Positions 9,195-19,286 of a stretch of DNA of 64,000 bases are shown here, piece by piece (the stretch's first letter is position 1; the number at the start of each line of letters is the position of its first letter). The notes beneath the pieces were generated by a model. That model had not been told where the DNA came from. It made no database searches and saw nothing but the letters and a program-made list of their open reading frames with translations. The stretch is from a virus: positions 1 to 64,000 of the IMG/VR virus record IMGVR_UViG_3300027971_000046; one strand, given 5' to 3'. Both the position numbers and the translations under genes were made by a program.

Positions 9195-10391
9195 TCAATA
9201 ATCGTCTGCATTTATTGAATGTTTCGATCCTTGCGAATAGTAATCGTCTTTGCTTTTACGATTCGCGTCTTGCTTTTTCTTGTTTTCTGCGGAGCGGCGG
9301 GCTTCTTCTTCTCTCTTCTTTACCGAAGCAGCCGCAGCAGCAGCCGCACGGCGGGAGCGGCGGGCTTCGGAAGCAGCCGCAGCAGCAGCCGCAGCGATTC
9401 CTACTATGCCCTCATCTACTGTAACGGCTTTCTTGCTCTTGCCCTTCTTTGTGCTGAAGGTCTTTGCAGCAGGAATGTCTGTGGTCTTCATTGTCTCGCT
9501 TGCGGTTGTCATGTAATCACTGGACTCTTTCACAGGCTTCTTGGTCGGCTTTGGCTTTTCAAGTTCATCGCGCAACTTGCGAGCCTGCTCCCGTGCCTTC
9601 TTGTTTTCCTGTGGGCTTTTGCGATTCATGGTGGTCATGTATTCGTTGAGTTCGCGCTGAAGATCAAAGAATGTCTTGCCTTCACTCACGCTCTTCCAAC
9701 TACCGCCCTGCTCGTTGTACCACTTCACTGCCCAACCGTTGGCGTAAGCCGATGGGTACACATCAAACTTGGAGCGAGCCTTGGACTTGGCTTTCGCCCA
9801 CAGTCCAGGATTGGTTGGCGTGTTCTTTTCCATGAGTTCCTGTGCGGCTTCAAGCAAACCAAACTCGTCCATGCTTTCGGTGTTGGGAGTCTCAAACGAC
9901 TCTTCCACGCTCTGATTGCCCAGAGTCTTCTTGAAGGCATTGAACAGGGTGGGGGAACCAGTGATCTTCTTGACCATAGAGTCCATCATGTCAATCATCA
10001 GGTCACGGTACACCTTGGACGCGCTCATCTTGACGGCGGTTTCAGGCGACTGTAGAGCGCGGCGGGCAGACAGCACATCCTTCTTCTTGACCAATCCGCT
10101 GCGGAGCAGGGTCTTGGTGCGTTCGGTTTCCACGCCCTCGGTGGTCATGCTGGGTTCTTTGGACAGGCTGGCACGGAGGGCGGTGTACAGGTTGCGGTTG
10201 TTTAGTACACGATCCACCACATCAACCAGAATCTCCTGCATGAGCATACGATACGCAGGGTTCTTCATTGCCTTCTCGGGGTCTTGCAGCAGAGCGGCAG
10301 CGCGGCGCACATTGTTCTTGGAAACCAAGCCAAGGCGCAGCAGCGAATTGAGTTTCGATGAGATGGCACTCTCTTTTCCGATTCCGTCCAT
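9195..10391 (-). CDS. modular hypothetical protein, putative head protein
   Basis: Duplicated LLRxGLV helical module; KFDVYPSAYANGW module; poly-Ala duplication. Confidence 0.65.
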   Translation of the reverse strand: MDGIGKESAISSKLNSLLRLGLVSKNNVRRAAALLQDPEKAMKNPAYRMLMQEILVDVVDRVLNNRNLYTALRASLSKEPSMTTEGVETERTKTLLRSGLVKKKDVLSARRALQSPETAVKMSASKVYRDLMIDMMDSMVKKITGSPTLFNAFKKTLGNQSVEESFETPNTESMDEFGLLEAAQELMEKNTPTNPGLWAKAKSKARSKFDVYPSAYANGWAVKWYNEQGGSWKSVSEGKTFFDLQRELNEYMTTMNRKSPQENKKAREQARKLRDELEKPKPTKKPVKESSDYMTTASETMKTTDIPAAKTFSTKKGKSKKAVTVDEGIVGIAAAAAAAASEARRSRRAAAAAAASVKKREEEARRSAENKKKQDANRKSKDDYYSQGSKHSINADDY

Positions 10392-10410
10392 AGTGGGTTC
10401 TCCCTTTTCT

Positions 10411-11463
10411 TTATTTAGACGATTTAGAGTGGCTGGTCATGTGGGGAGAGTTACCTTTTCCACTCCGCTGAGTCTCGGGTTCGACCCGTCTTTTTTGAAT
10501 CACAGCCCGCTTGCGCTCTTTGGGGGTCATTTCACCCACCGTTTCAGGGGTTTTGCTGCTCACCTTGTTGACAGGGCGGCACTTGGGGTACTTGCCGCTA
10601 GAGGTGTCGTGGCGACCACACGGCGGATACTGCCCTGTCTTGGGGTCTTTCTTGCCGCCAATGTCTACCCACTTCTCTTTGAACCACCGCGCCAAGTCTT
10701 CGTCAATCTTGCACGGGGGAGTGGGGAATATTTTATTGTGCTTAGAGAAGCCGCCAGTTTGACCAGGCGTATCAGGTCTGCGCTTAGTCTTGTCGCTTTC
10801 CATGAGACGAACCGCAGCAGCGGAATAGATGCTGCCGTAGTCGATGCCTTCCTTGACACTGGTCTTCATGCCGTGCTGAATGTCTTGGAACAGTGCCTTC
10901 ACATCAGCAGCGTTTGCGCGGCGTGGCATTCCGCTCCTGAAAGTCTTGAAGTCGTTCTCCGCAGCGGCTGCGCGTAGTTTGGATGCGCTCATGCCTTGCA
11001 CACCTGTAGCACTCTCGTCCCGCTTGCCTGCAATCACAATATTCAGGCTCTTGAGTTTCAGGCGGTCTTTCCTGCGACTCGGCTCCATCAATTCCTTGAA
11101 GGCTTCGTATTTTTCTTGCCGATCTTCTCCACCAACAATATGCACATGGTCGTAGCCCTTTTCGGCAAGCCAGTACAACATATCAAACGGAGTCTTGATT
11201 TGGGGAATGTCCTTGAAGTTTGCGTCAGGAAAGAACCGCTTCAGGTACTTGAACTTCTGACGCGGCGAGAGTGGGTTCTTCTTGGGATCGTTTGTGCGAC
11301 TGCTGAACATCGCGTAGTCCGCACCCAAACTCTTTGCCGTACTAACTACCTTATCGACTAGCAGTTGGTGTCCTGAAGTTGGTGGCTGAAAGCGACCAAA
11401 GGCAACCACGATGGATTTGCCCTGGGTCTTGGGTTTCGAAATATCTCTAACCGTTTTTGCCAC
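10411..11463 (-). CDS. nucleotidyltransferase (cytidylyltransferase-like) with C-terminal phage module
   Basis: FGRFQPPTSGH (HxGH-like), KNPLS, GMSASKLR; C-terminal DLARWFKEKWVDI...YPKCRP. Confidence 0.85.
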   Translation of the reverse strand: MAKTVRDISKPKTQGKSIVVAFGRFQPPTSGHQLLVDKVVSTAKSLGADYAMFSSRTNDPKKNPLSPRQKFKYLKRFFPDANFKDIPQIKTPFDMLYWLAEKGYDHVHIVGGEDRQEKYEAFKELMEPSRRKDRLKLKSLNIVIAGKRDESATGVQGMSASKLRAAAAENDFKTFRSGMPRRANAADVKALFQDIQHGMKTSVKEGIDYGSIYSAAAVRLMESDKTKRRPDTPGQTGGFSKHNKIFPTPPCKIDEDLARWFKEKWVDIGGKKDPKTGQYPPCGRHDTSSGKYPKCRPVNKVSSKTPETVGEMTPKERKRAVIQKRRVEPETQRSGKGNSPHMTSHSKSSK

Positions 11464-11504
11464 TTAGATCACCTCCCGTATGCACTTCGGACACCAACTG
11501 CCAG

Positions 11505-12710
11505 TCAAGTTTTCTTCCAAGTTTTTTCAACAGTAAAGTTGCTGCGTGAGAAGTCCAATCGGTCTACTAGTTTCACTGCCTTGTTGCTCATGCGGTCGAT
11601 TGCCACGAAACCTTCGGGTGTCGTGACGCGATATCCCTTGCCGTCCTTGATGAAGGTCGAAACCTCACCCTCAAGGGATGCAAGTTTGTCGCGCACAACC
11701 AACTTCAACTGCGCGACAGAGTTATGTAGGGCGAACACCCGACCGATCTGATTACGGTTTTTCCGTATCCATTCCATCGTGGGTGTTGGCTTTGTGCTTG
11801 GTTTCTTCCTGACGAGTGCCGATTTTGATTGCAGGAATGCAATCAATTGATTCACATCAGCGTGTGAACTGGCAATCCCTTTAGATACAAGAGAGTTGAT
11901 GTATCCTTTGATAGCCTGTTTCACCCCATCGTTCTTTCCGATGGCGTTGAGTATTGCTTTCAGAGATTCGGCAGTGCGCGTGAGCGATTGGATTGAGGCT
12001 TCAATTGTTCTACGATCCGTTGGGCTGAACAGTGCCGAGCCAGAGGCAACACGAAGTGTGGCGTTGTCGAACCACACATCCTTGCTCTTCTTCAAGTACG
12101 AGATATCGGGGTTGAACCGCGCACTCATGTCCTGCATGGTGTTGCCTTCGTATGCAGTATGGAACACGATTCCCATCTTGGCTGCACTCATGCGCTTCGC
12201 CAAATCGCTGTTGGCACTCACTGCGTACCTGATGGTGTTTGCTTGGAAAGTGAGATAGGCTTTTCCGTCAATCTTTTCCCGTTGCAGAGTATCGTGCTTG
12301 AACAAGAAGTCTCCTTGCAGCACACCACGCACACCTAGTTTAGACAGGTGCTTCAGAGCGAGTTTCAGTTTTTCGTTTAGTCCACCCTCGGGGTGGTTTG
12401 CGTCTATGTCCGCATCAGTGAAGTTTAACTTGGGTGTCACATTGAACACGCTCTTCGTACCAACGAAGAACTTGCCAGTTGATGGATCTGTTCCGCAGAA
12501 TATTGCGGGTGCGCCGTCCCACTTCACGGTGACATCGTATGCGCTTGGTTCGTTTGCGCCCAAAGCGTCCATCAAACCAGTGATGGACTTCATGCTGCTG
12601 ACAAAGCCAGAGTATCCGCTGTTCAGCATCTCGTCTTCAAGATGCTCCAAGTGGACATTCTTTCCAGTCTTTTTTACAGCCTCAACCAGATGTTCCGTGA
12701 ATCGTATCAA
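11505..12710 (-). CDS. conserved T4-like phage protein (DUF6267-like)
   Basis: NVHLEHLED, TVKWDGAPAIFCG, LQGDFLF, PEGFVA, VKLVDRLDFS. Confidence 0.8.
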   Translation of the reverse strand: MIRFTEHLVEAVKKTGKNVHLEHLEDEMLNSGYSGFVSSMKSITGLMDALGANEPSAYDVTVKWDGAPAIFCGTDPSTGKFFVGTKSVFNVTPKLNFTDADIDANHPEGGLNEKLKLALKHLSKLGVRGVLQGDFLFKHDTLQREKIDGKAYLTFQANTIRYAVSANSDLAKRMSAAKMGIVFHTAYEGNTMQDMSARFNPDISYLKKSKDVWFDNATLRVASGSALFSPTDRRTIEASIQSLTRTAESLKAILNAIGKNDGVKQAIKGYINSLVSKGIASSHADVNQLIAFLQSKSALVRKKPSTKPTPTMEWIRKNRNQIGRVFALHNSVAQLKLVVRDKLASLEGEVSTFIKDGKGYRVTTPEGFVAIDRMSNKAVKLVDRLDFSRSNFTVEKTWKKT

Positions 12711-12731
12711 AGGCGTCCTCCGCTTCCGTAT

Positions 12732-13400
12732 TTAGGAAACGCGGACGGGCTGCTCGGCGCGATAAGTCTGTATTGCTTCCACCAAATCAGGAACATAGTC
12801 CATTGGATCAGCGGTGAATACCTGACAGCCTCCGTCTTCCACCCCAATCAGAATGGCAATATTTCGCAATTCCTGTCCAGTGCGATCCTGCCACATAAGG
12901 GAATACGCGGTAGCCTGCATGAAGTAATCCTGAATTGCGTCTTCCGACTTCGGGTAATTGGATGACTTGAAGTCAATAACGGACGGAACGCCGTCAAACT
13001 CCCCGATGCAGTCGGTGCGCCCTGCCAAGCCCACACGCTTCGACCAGAGCGGTACTTCAATGGCGAATATCTTGCCGATACGGTCAATGTCTTCCCGCAT
13101 GGCGACAAACAGATCCGCCTCACTCGTCCCTGCTGCTTCAGCGAGCGTAGTTGGCGTAAGATCGTTGCGGAGATAGGTTTCAATGATCGAATGTAGTTTG
13201 GTTCCACGGGAAAGTACTCGCTTGGATTCTTCGGGATTGTCGCGCCGCCACTTGGCAAAGAACGCACGCTTTTTCCATCCCGTCACGGTGGTGACAGACG
13301 GAAAAATACCGTCAGGAGTGCTGTATCTCCTGCCTCCGTTGCTTTCTACGCTTTCAATATTTTCTTCAAGCGTCACTAGTTCATGCTGAAAGGTCTTCAT
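12732..13400 (-). CDS. PD-(D/E)XK exonuclease
   Basis: PSVTTV, RGTKLHSIIE, AGRTDCI, VIDFKSS, YFMQATAY. Confidence 0.88.
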   Translation of the reverse strand: MKTFQHELVTLEENIESVESNGGRRYSTPDGIFPSVTTVTGWKKRAFFAKWRRDNPEESKRVLSRGTKLHSIIETYLRNDLTPTTLAEAAGTSEADLFVAMREDIDRIGKIFAIEVPLWSKRVGLAGRTDCIGEFDGVPSVIDFKSSNYPKSEDAIQDYFMQATAYSLMWQDRTGQELRNIAILIGVEDGGCQVFTADPMDYVPDLVEAIQTYRAEQPVRVS

Positions 13401-13402
13401 GT

Positions 13403-13582
13403 TTAATCGTCTGGTGTCTCGTCCACTACTTCCGCGCCTTCGGGAAGTCCGTTGGGCTGCTGCGTTTCCTTGGGTGGAACCGCAGACTGATTGCGGTTCT
13501 GCCACTGATTTGCAGCCTTCCATTCAGGATTGTTCTTTTGATTCTGCTGAACCCAAGCCAAGTACTGTCTCATGTTGCTCAT
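13403..13582 (-). CDS. small hypothetical protein (not in ORF track)
   Basis: 59 aa MSNMRQYLAW...; SD AGGAG and CTACATA late-promoter-like box upstream. Confidence 0.55.
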   Translation of the reverse strand: MSNMRQYLAWVQQNQKNNPEWKAANQWQNRNQSAVPPKETQQPNGLPEGAEVVDETPDD

Positions 13583-13614
13583 GGTGTTCTCCTAGTAGTA
13601 TGTAGGGGCGTTTC

Positions 13615-14469
13615 TCAATCTGAAGAATTGCGTTCCAATATTTCGGCGTATTCAGAAATGAATTCCGTACACGCTCCCGTATATTCCGATGCGGCAGAAG
13701 AAAATTGGGTGAATATCTGCTGTGTGAACGGGTGTGCGCTTCCAAGACGAACCACTGCGGGCAACAAGATTGCCGTGGTGGCTTCCTGAATATACGAGTA
13801 CTTGGTGTCGAAGCCGTGTTCACACGATTGGCGCAGGGCAAGTACTTGCAATGCTTCGCGGAAGGGCTGTTGCTGTCGCTCGGTGAGAGATTGCAAGCAT
13901 TCCGTAGCAGAGCGTATGAGTGCTTCCACACACGCAGCGGATGTACTCTTGATGCTGTAGTCACACTCTTCCTTGATGGTCAAGAACTCAAAGGGCGTGG
14001 TCTTTTTGCGAAGATCGTTCATTACTGCGCGGTATTCGTAGAACTCCATCTCTTCCCCGATCACCTTTACGATATCGGTGTTGTGCATGGCATACGACAG
14101 ACTGCAAATGCGATTAAACATTTCGCGGGACGAGAACGCCTCTGCGTACACAGACTGATGAGCATTGCTCCAACACTTGAACAGCGAATGCACCTTGGGC
14201 TTGTAGCGTGTCTCGGTGTGCTTGGCAGTCACACACAGTACCGTAGGAGCGAATCGCTCTGTAAGGCTGTCCACCACCGCGTTTACGAGTGCAGGATCAG
14301 ATGCGTCAGATGCCTTGCACCACAGCGAAAGCGTGGACTGCGGGTTGGAATACAGATATGAAATCGAAGCAAGTCCTTGAGCGGACTTCACTGTAACCGA
14401 TCCACCACCATCGGTTTGCTCATGTTGAATCATGTTGTTATCTTTTCTTGCTACGCGGACGCAATCCAA
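13615..14469 (-). CDS. hypothetical protein
   Basis: Long ORF in the minus-strand operon; start uncertain. Confidence 0.6.
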   Translation of the reverse strand: MDCVRVARKDNNMIQHEQTDGGGSVTVKSAQGLASISYLYSNPQSTLSLWCKASDASDPALVNAVVDSLTERFAPTVLCVTAKHTETRYKPKVHSLFKCWSNAHQSVYAEAFSSREMFNRICSLSYAMHNTDIVKVIGEEMEFYEYRAVMNDLRKKTTPFEFLTIKEECDYSIKSTSAACVEALIRSATECLQSLTERQQQPFREALQVLALRQSCEHGFDTKYSYIQEATTAILLPAVVRLGSAHPFTQQIFTQFSSAASEYTGACTEFISEYAEILERNSSD

Positions 14470-14980
14470 ATGTCAAACGCTTACGCATTGAAAGTTTACG
14501 CTTTCGCTTGGCTTGTGATCTCTTGCCACGAGCCTTTCGTGCTGCTCGTTTTGCAGTGAGTTTCATTTTACGCAATTGACTCGTAGCCCGCTTCACACAG
14601 GTACGCGGTCCTCTTTTCTTGAAGCCAGGAGCGCACTTGAAGATGATGCGCTTGCGTCCCTTGCGAACCACGATCTTGCGCTTGGCAGCGGCTTCGTTTA
14701 GTTCTTCGCCTTGAATGTCAACCGATTCTTCAATCTCTTCTGCGTCATCGTCTTCAATGCTGATCTCGGCTTCTTCCACCGCGTCAAGAATGTAGATGAC
14801 ACCATCTTTTTCTTCCCACTCCACCTCGTTCTCGTCAAGGTAGTCTACCACATCTTCATAGGAAAGCGAGGGCATATCCAAAACAATCTTCTCTTCCGTG
14901 AGTTCAGCGTCAAACTCCTCAAAGACAATTCTTTGAAGTGAGCAGAATGCGTGGTCGCGTAGTTCTTTGAATGGCTTCAT
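14438..14980 (-). CDS. acidic-N/basic-C protein, putative prohead core-like protein
   Basis: MKPFKELR start, acidic middle, LNEA site, K/R-rich tail with CAPGFK. Confidence 0.6.
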   Translation of the reverse strand: MKPFKELRDHAFCSLQRIVFEEFDAELTEEKIVLDMPSLSYEDVVDYLDENEVEWEEKDGVIYILDAVEEAEISIEDDDAEEIEESVDIQGEELNEAAAKRKIVVRKGRKRIIFKCAPGFKKRGPRTCVKRATSQLRKMKLTAKRAARKARGKRSQAKRKRKLSMRKRLTFGLRPRSKKR

Positions 14981-15882
14981 GTTTGGAATCCTGGTTTCTC
15001 GGCTCGCTTCTCGCCTGCTTCTCTTCCCTTACCACGGAAATACACGCGAGGCTTTATGTCTTCTTTGCTTGGAACGCGCTTCAGGCTCTTGCCATCCTCA
15101 AATATTATGTCTACCCCGTCATTCACGCGGTCATACACGGGAGTTCCACCATCCAATCCAAACTTGATGAAATTCAACTCTCCGTTTTCTATTGCAAGCC
15201 AGAACAAGTCATTCATCTGATTTCCAAAAGGATTGCCTTTGTCTTTGGTGATGTCTTCAAAAATGGTTTCACACATAACCTTTTTCGTGAACTTCTTATC
15301 TGGTACATCACGCACGGACTTGGACTGCAAGAACTCCATTGCAATCTGAGAACCTTCATTCGTGCTGTTTTCAGAAATGATACGCACGAACTGATATGCA
15401 GTCTTCAAGTTCTGTGGAATCTCTGCTCCCTCCAGCAATTTCAATATGTCGCCAGGCTTTACCGTGTTGGACTTTCCTGTTTTTGCTTTTGCAGACAGTT
15501 TTTTCCACGACTTTCCACGATTGAAAGACATCATGTAGTCATACATTCCCTGATTCTGTGCAGCAGGATATTTAATCAGTACATCATCGGGTCGTCCATC
15601 AAACAACTTGAACTTGACAACACCAAGAGGACCAAGAGTTTCACCGAAATCAGTCAGAATCTTTCTCTTGTGCGATTGCACCGAAGGCTTTTTCAAATGC
15701 TTCTTGAGGTTGTCATCGGTGACTCCTTCTCCTTTGAGATAAGAAACCACCATGTCAAGATAGACACCGAGATCCTTTGGCAATTTGCTGATTCCCGCAT
15801 CAAGAAGTTTCTGATACTCCTTGAATGTCAGGGCATCGCCTGCCATTTTGAATGTGCGTGGATCTAGTTTTGCTTCAGCCAC
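14977..15882 (-). CDS. hypothetical protein, possible PD-(D/E)XK-like nuclease
   Basis: DFGE...YPAAQN..MYDY...KLSAK pattern; AT-richer than its neighbours. Confidence 0.45.
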   Translation of the reverse strand: MAEAKLDPRTFKMAGDALTFKEYQKLLDAGISKLPKDLGVYLDMVVSYLKGEGVTDDNLKKHLKKPSVQSHKRKILTDFGETLGPLGVVKFKLFDGRPDDVLIKYPAAQNQGMYDYMMSFNRGKSWKKLSAKAKTGKSNTVKPGDILKLLEGAEIPQNLKTAYQFVRIISENSTNEGSQIAMEFLQSKSVRDVPDKKFTKKVMCETIFEDITKDKGNPFGNQMNDLFWLAIENGELNFIKFGLDGGTPVYDRVNDGVDIIFEDGKSLKRVPSKEDIKPRVYFRGKGREAGEKRAEKPGFQT

Positions 15883-15890
15883 GATTCACC

Positions 15891-17984
15891 TCACTTTTTT
15901 GCTTGGGAATCCGTCTTCTTGTTCATAGTTTCGCGTTGCTTTATATCAACCTTCATCAGATCCCAATCAGATAGTTTTCTCTTCTGTGGCATCTTGGATT
16001 GGGTTTCGGTAATGCAGATCATACCAACATCGGTGAAGTCAGCAGACTCCCAAATCAAATCCGCTCCGCGATCAAGCAGCATACGGTGGCTCTTCTTGCC
16101 GATCACTTGCAGCCCTGTGCCTGCAACGCGCAACTCTACTTCGTTGGTTCCCACCATGTACACCACATTGCCCATGTAGCGAACCTTCTTTACCTTCACG
16201 GATGTTTCTTTGCCGTTCTTGGAGCCGTAGATTTCAAAAGTGGTGCCTTCAGGCTTCTTGTTCATGGTGGCGAGTAGATCCTGGGCGGTCTTCTCGTTCT
16301 TCTGAACTTCGTTACTAGCACGGGCATCGCGGTTTACCTGCTGTGCAAGCGATGCAACAGGATTGCCCTTCTTGTCAACTTTGCGGTCGTTGTTGCCGCG
16401 CTGAAGCACCGCACCGTATCCGAATGTGTCAGGCTCGTCACTGGCAATTCGGGGCTTCTTGAACTTGGCTTTGGCGGCTTCGTTCAGCGACTCAACAAGA
16501 TTCTGTATACGCTTTGTGCCGAATTTGCTCATGGTCCATTCCTTCTGTGTTTTGGCTTCAGGCTTCTTCTCGGGAACAGTTTGTCCCTTGTTGCTTTGGC
16601 TTAGTAGTCCGCTGTCCTTCTGAAACTTGTTGGAGAACGCAATGATTTCATCAATAGGAACAGGCTTGCCGTTCTTGCTGATGGTGCGTGTTCGCATTGT
16701 GGCGTTTGCGCCCGAGCCATTAGCAATGTCCACGGCGCACTGCGCTGCCCAACGGTGGTGACCGTCAACCACATATCCATCACTCACATAGATGGGATCA
16801 AGCAGACGCTTGGCTGCTTTTCCGTAGGTGTCGGGATCGGCTTGTGCTGCAAGCAGTGAACCGTACATTGCCACTACCTTGCTGCCTTGAAGTTGTCCCT
16901 GAATAGGCTTCAGAGATGTGACATCCACATCTTTTTCCTCAATGGTGTATCCTGCACCTTCAAGAGCCGCACGATACTCTTTCTCCAAGTTGATTTCTGC
17001 CTTCAGGTCTTCGGGAGTAACCTGATCGGGAGAAGTGTATCCCTTGCCTGCCATCAGTGCCTTGAACGCGGTGCTGTCCTTGCGTTCAGGGTTTACGAAA
17101 GACGAGAACTGCGGCATCTGAATGCGTTCAATGCCCTTGCTGACCTTCTCACCTGTTTCGGGATCAAAGCAGAATCCCAACTGCGCGAATGTCTTGGAAC
17201 ACAACTCAAACTCGTATCCCACTTCTCCACGCATAGCCGATAGCGCAGCGTGGTTCATCTCGTCAACGAAACGCCGCTCTTCTTCAGGTCGCCCAAACAC
17301 AGACTCCTTGGTGTTTTGCGGACCAGTGAACTGCCTGTTCTTGATGGCTCCTGCAACCACATTGGCTTTGCGGATGTCCTTCTTGGCTTTTGCGTCAGCA
17401 GTGGCTTTTTCGTCAGGCTTGACTTCCGCATCGTATTCGGTTGCAGGATTCTCTTTTCCTACTTCCGCGTGTTGGACTTCAGGCTGCGCTGCTGGTTCTT
17501 TTTTTGCACCCGCTTCGCCACCTTGCGGTTGTGCTTGACGCTGCGTATTACTGGTTGTCGCTTGCGCTTGGGGAGTTCCTGCTCCTCCTGCTGCGGGTCG
17601 GGCTGTTGGCTGTGCTGTTGGCTGTGCTGCATTCGGTTTAGGTTCTGCCTTTCCACCCTGTGGGGCTGCTGTGGGCTTCTTCTCGTATCCGTCCGCGTCC
17701 AATTCAACCTTGCGCGAGGTGTCGCCTGGATTGTCCACTCGTCCCGCAGGACCAGCCTTGCCAGCAAGCCACGCCTTCGCGTTGTCTTCGGAATCAAAGT
17801 ATTCAGTCTGTCCGTCCTTGTTCTTTGCACCCCAATTGCCACTGGCAGTCTGCCACGGCTCGCCCACCTTGTGCGCCGTCTTGGCAGCAGGCTTCTTGTC
17901 TGCGGGCTTTACAGGCACAGCAGCGGCTTGCACTTCAAAGATTGCGGAACGAAGGCTCTTGTAAGGTTCAATGTCCATGTTCAT
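15891..17984 (-). CDS. large modular protein with ParB/Srx-like domain
   Basis: SLKPIQ...PIYVSDGYVVDGHHRWAA; RIQMPQF; low-complexity linker. Confidence 0.7.
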   Translation of the reverse strand: MNMDIEPYKSLRSAIFEVQAAAVPVKPADKKPAAKTAHKVGEPWQTASGNWGAKNKDGQTEYFDSEDNAKAWLAGKAGPAGRVDNPGDTSRKVELDADGYEKKPTAAPQGGKAEPKPNAAQPTAQPTARPAAGGAGTPQAQATTSNTQRQAQPQGGEAGAKKEPAAQPEVQHAEVGKENPATEYDAEVKPDEKATADAKAKKDIRKANVVAGAIKNRQFTGPQNTKESVFGRPEEERRFVDEMNHAALSAMRGEVGYEFELCSKTFAQLGFCFDPETGEKVSKGIERIQMPQFSSFVNPERKDSTAFKALMAGKGYTSPDQVTPEDLKAEINLEKEYRAALEGAGYTIEEKDVDVTSLKPIQGQLQGSKVVAMYGSLLAAQADPDTYGKAAKRLLDPIYVSDGYVVDGHHRWAAQCAVDIANGSGANATMRTRTISKNGKPVPIDEIIAFSNKFQKDSGLLSQSNKGQTVPEKKPEAKTQKEWTMSKFGTKRIQNLVESLNEAAKAKFKKPRIASDEPDTFGYGAVLQRGNNDRKVDKKGNPVASLAQQVNRDARASNEVQKNEKTAQDLLATMNKKPEGTTFEIYGSKNGKETSVKVKKVRYMGNVVYMVGTNEVELRVAGTGLQVIGKKSHRMLLDRGADLIWESADFTDVGMICITETQSKMPQKRKLSDWDLMKVDIKQRETMNKKTDSQAKK

Positions 17985-18463
17985 ACTCCGTAACTGCGCG
18001 TGATGGCGGTGATCTTGTCAATCTGTGCAGCAATCTTTTCTGCACGACCTTCCCACTTGATGTACGGCTTTTCGGGATTCTTCATAAGATTAGTTAGGAG
18101 AGGCAGAATCATCCGCTCAAGCGTCTGCAATTTTTCCTTGCACTCGTCCCGTGTGGCGTTAGCCCGTTCTTCCACCTCGTTCAGCACACTAGACAGGCTT
18201 TCGCCTTGCGACTGCACCGCTGCATTCAGTTCGTGCAGTTCCATGTTCAGTACACGATCAATCTTTTCTTCCACTCGTGTCATCTGTGTGAGGGACACAG
18301 GCTTCAGTGCAGCAACAGCATTTTTTAGTTCAGTGATCTGTGCTGCAATGGCTGCAACTGCATCAGGTGAAACAGACGGAAGGGGAGGAGTTGGTGGTGT
18401 CACCACCAGACCCAACTCCTCCCCTGTTACCGCCGTGAAGCCAAAATCAAACTCTTCAGCCAT
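17981..18463 (-). CDS. conserved coiled-coil phage protein
   Basis: FDFGFTAV N-terminus and ILPLLTNLMKNPEKPYIKW C-terminus. Confidence 0.7.
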   Translation of the reverse strand: MAEEFDFGFTAVTGEELGLVVTPPTPPLPSVSPDAVAAIAAQITELKNAVAALKPVSLTQMTRVEEKIDRVLNMELHELNAAVQSQGESLSSVLNEVEERANATRDECKEKLQTLERMILPLLTNLMKNPEKPYIKWEGRAEKIAAQIDKITAITRSYGV

Positions 18464-18469
18464 TGTGGA

Positions 18470-19198
18470 TTACGAAACTACCCAAGTTCCGCTCCCGCCC
18501 GATGGGGTGTTGAAGTAAACCGATGCGGTGAATCCGCCGTTGACGACTCCTCTGCCTTGGAAGTTCTCAAATGTGCTTCCTACAACACCTGATGTTCCAC
18601 GGGTAACACCAACAGCATCAAGGTTGAACGCTGCACCTGTAGCGTAAGTGGTGGCAATGGTTGACCACACGCCGATGTGAGCGGTTTCGCCTGCTGCGGC
18701 AGAAGTGAATCCGCGAACAATATACACGGTTCCATCACCGAACGACAACTGATCGTAGGTGGAAACAGCAACAGGACCACGAGCCACGAAAGTTGTTCCT
18801 GCTCCGCTGGTTGCTCCCGCTGCAAGTGTAGCACCTGTGGCTAGCCGCCGTGCATATCCTGCACCGCTGTTCACAAACTTTTTGATGAAGATGCCCACGG
18901 TCTGTCCTTCGATTGCTCCAAGACTGAAGCCGCTTGCCATTGTCTCACCGCGAGGGTTCTGCAATGCAGCCTCAGTTCCTGAAGCCAAAGACGAGGTAAT
19001 ACTGCCGAATGGGGGGAATCCTGTACCCGTGGTGAGTCCAGTGATGCCGAAGCCAAGTCGCTTGGCATACCGTTCGATTAGAAGTGCGCCAGTGCGTCCT
19101 GCCGCGCCTGCGGTACCGTGTGCGCTGAACAAGTGGGCAAGTTGGTTGCCGAGTTTGTTAGCCTTTCCGAGTTCTACTGATCCTGCTGTGAATGCCAT
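18470..19198 (-). CDS. Gly/Thr/Ala-rich putative virion protein
   Basis: Composition; SD AAGGAG; CTAAATA box upstream. Confidence 0.6.
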   Translation of the reverse strand: MAFTAGSVELGKANKLGNQLAHLFSAHGTAGAAGRTGALLIERYAKRLGFGITGLTTGTGFPPFGSITSSLASGTEAALQNPRGETMASGFSLGAIEGQTVGIFIKKFVNSGAGYARRLATGATLAAGATSGAGTTFVARGPVAVSTYDQLSFGDGTVYIVRGFTSAAAGETAHIGVWSTIATTYATGAAFNLDAVGVTRGTSGVVGSTFENFQGRGVVNGGFTASVYFNTPSGGSGTWVVS

Positions 19199-19286
19199 AA
19201 GAGTTCTCCTTTTGAGCGATTTTGGCTGTCGGTATTATTTAGTATCCGCAGCGAGTAGCCACGGGTACACTTCAATATTCAAAAAA

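Noticed and set aside
9290-9397. Functional DNA repeat
   Set aside because: Local duplication encoding poly-Ala/Arg low-complexity sequence within a CDS
12732-13400. Cas4, or a capsid-targeted protein (MKTFQHEL)
   Set aside because: No Fe-S cysteine cluster; it matches the ordinary T4-like PD-(D/E)XK exonuclease and the N-terminal resemblance is weak
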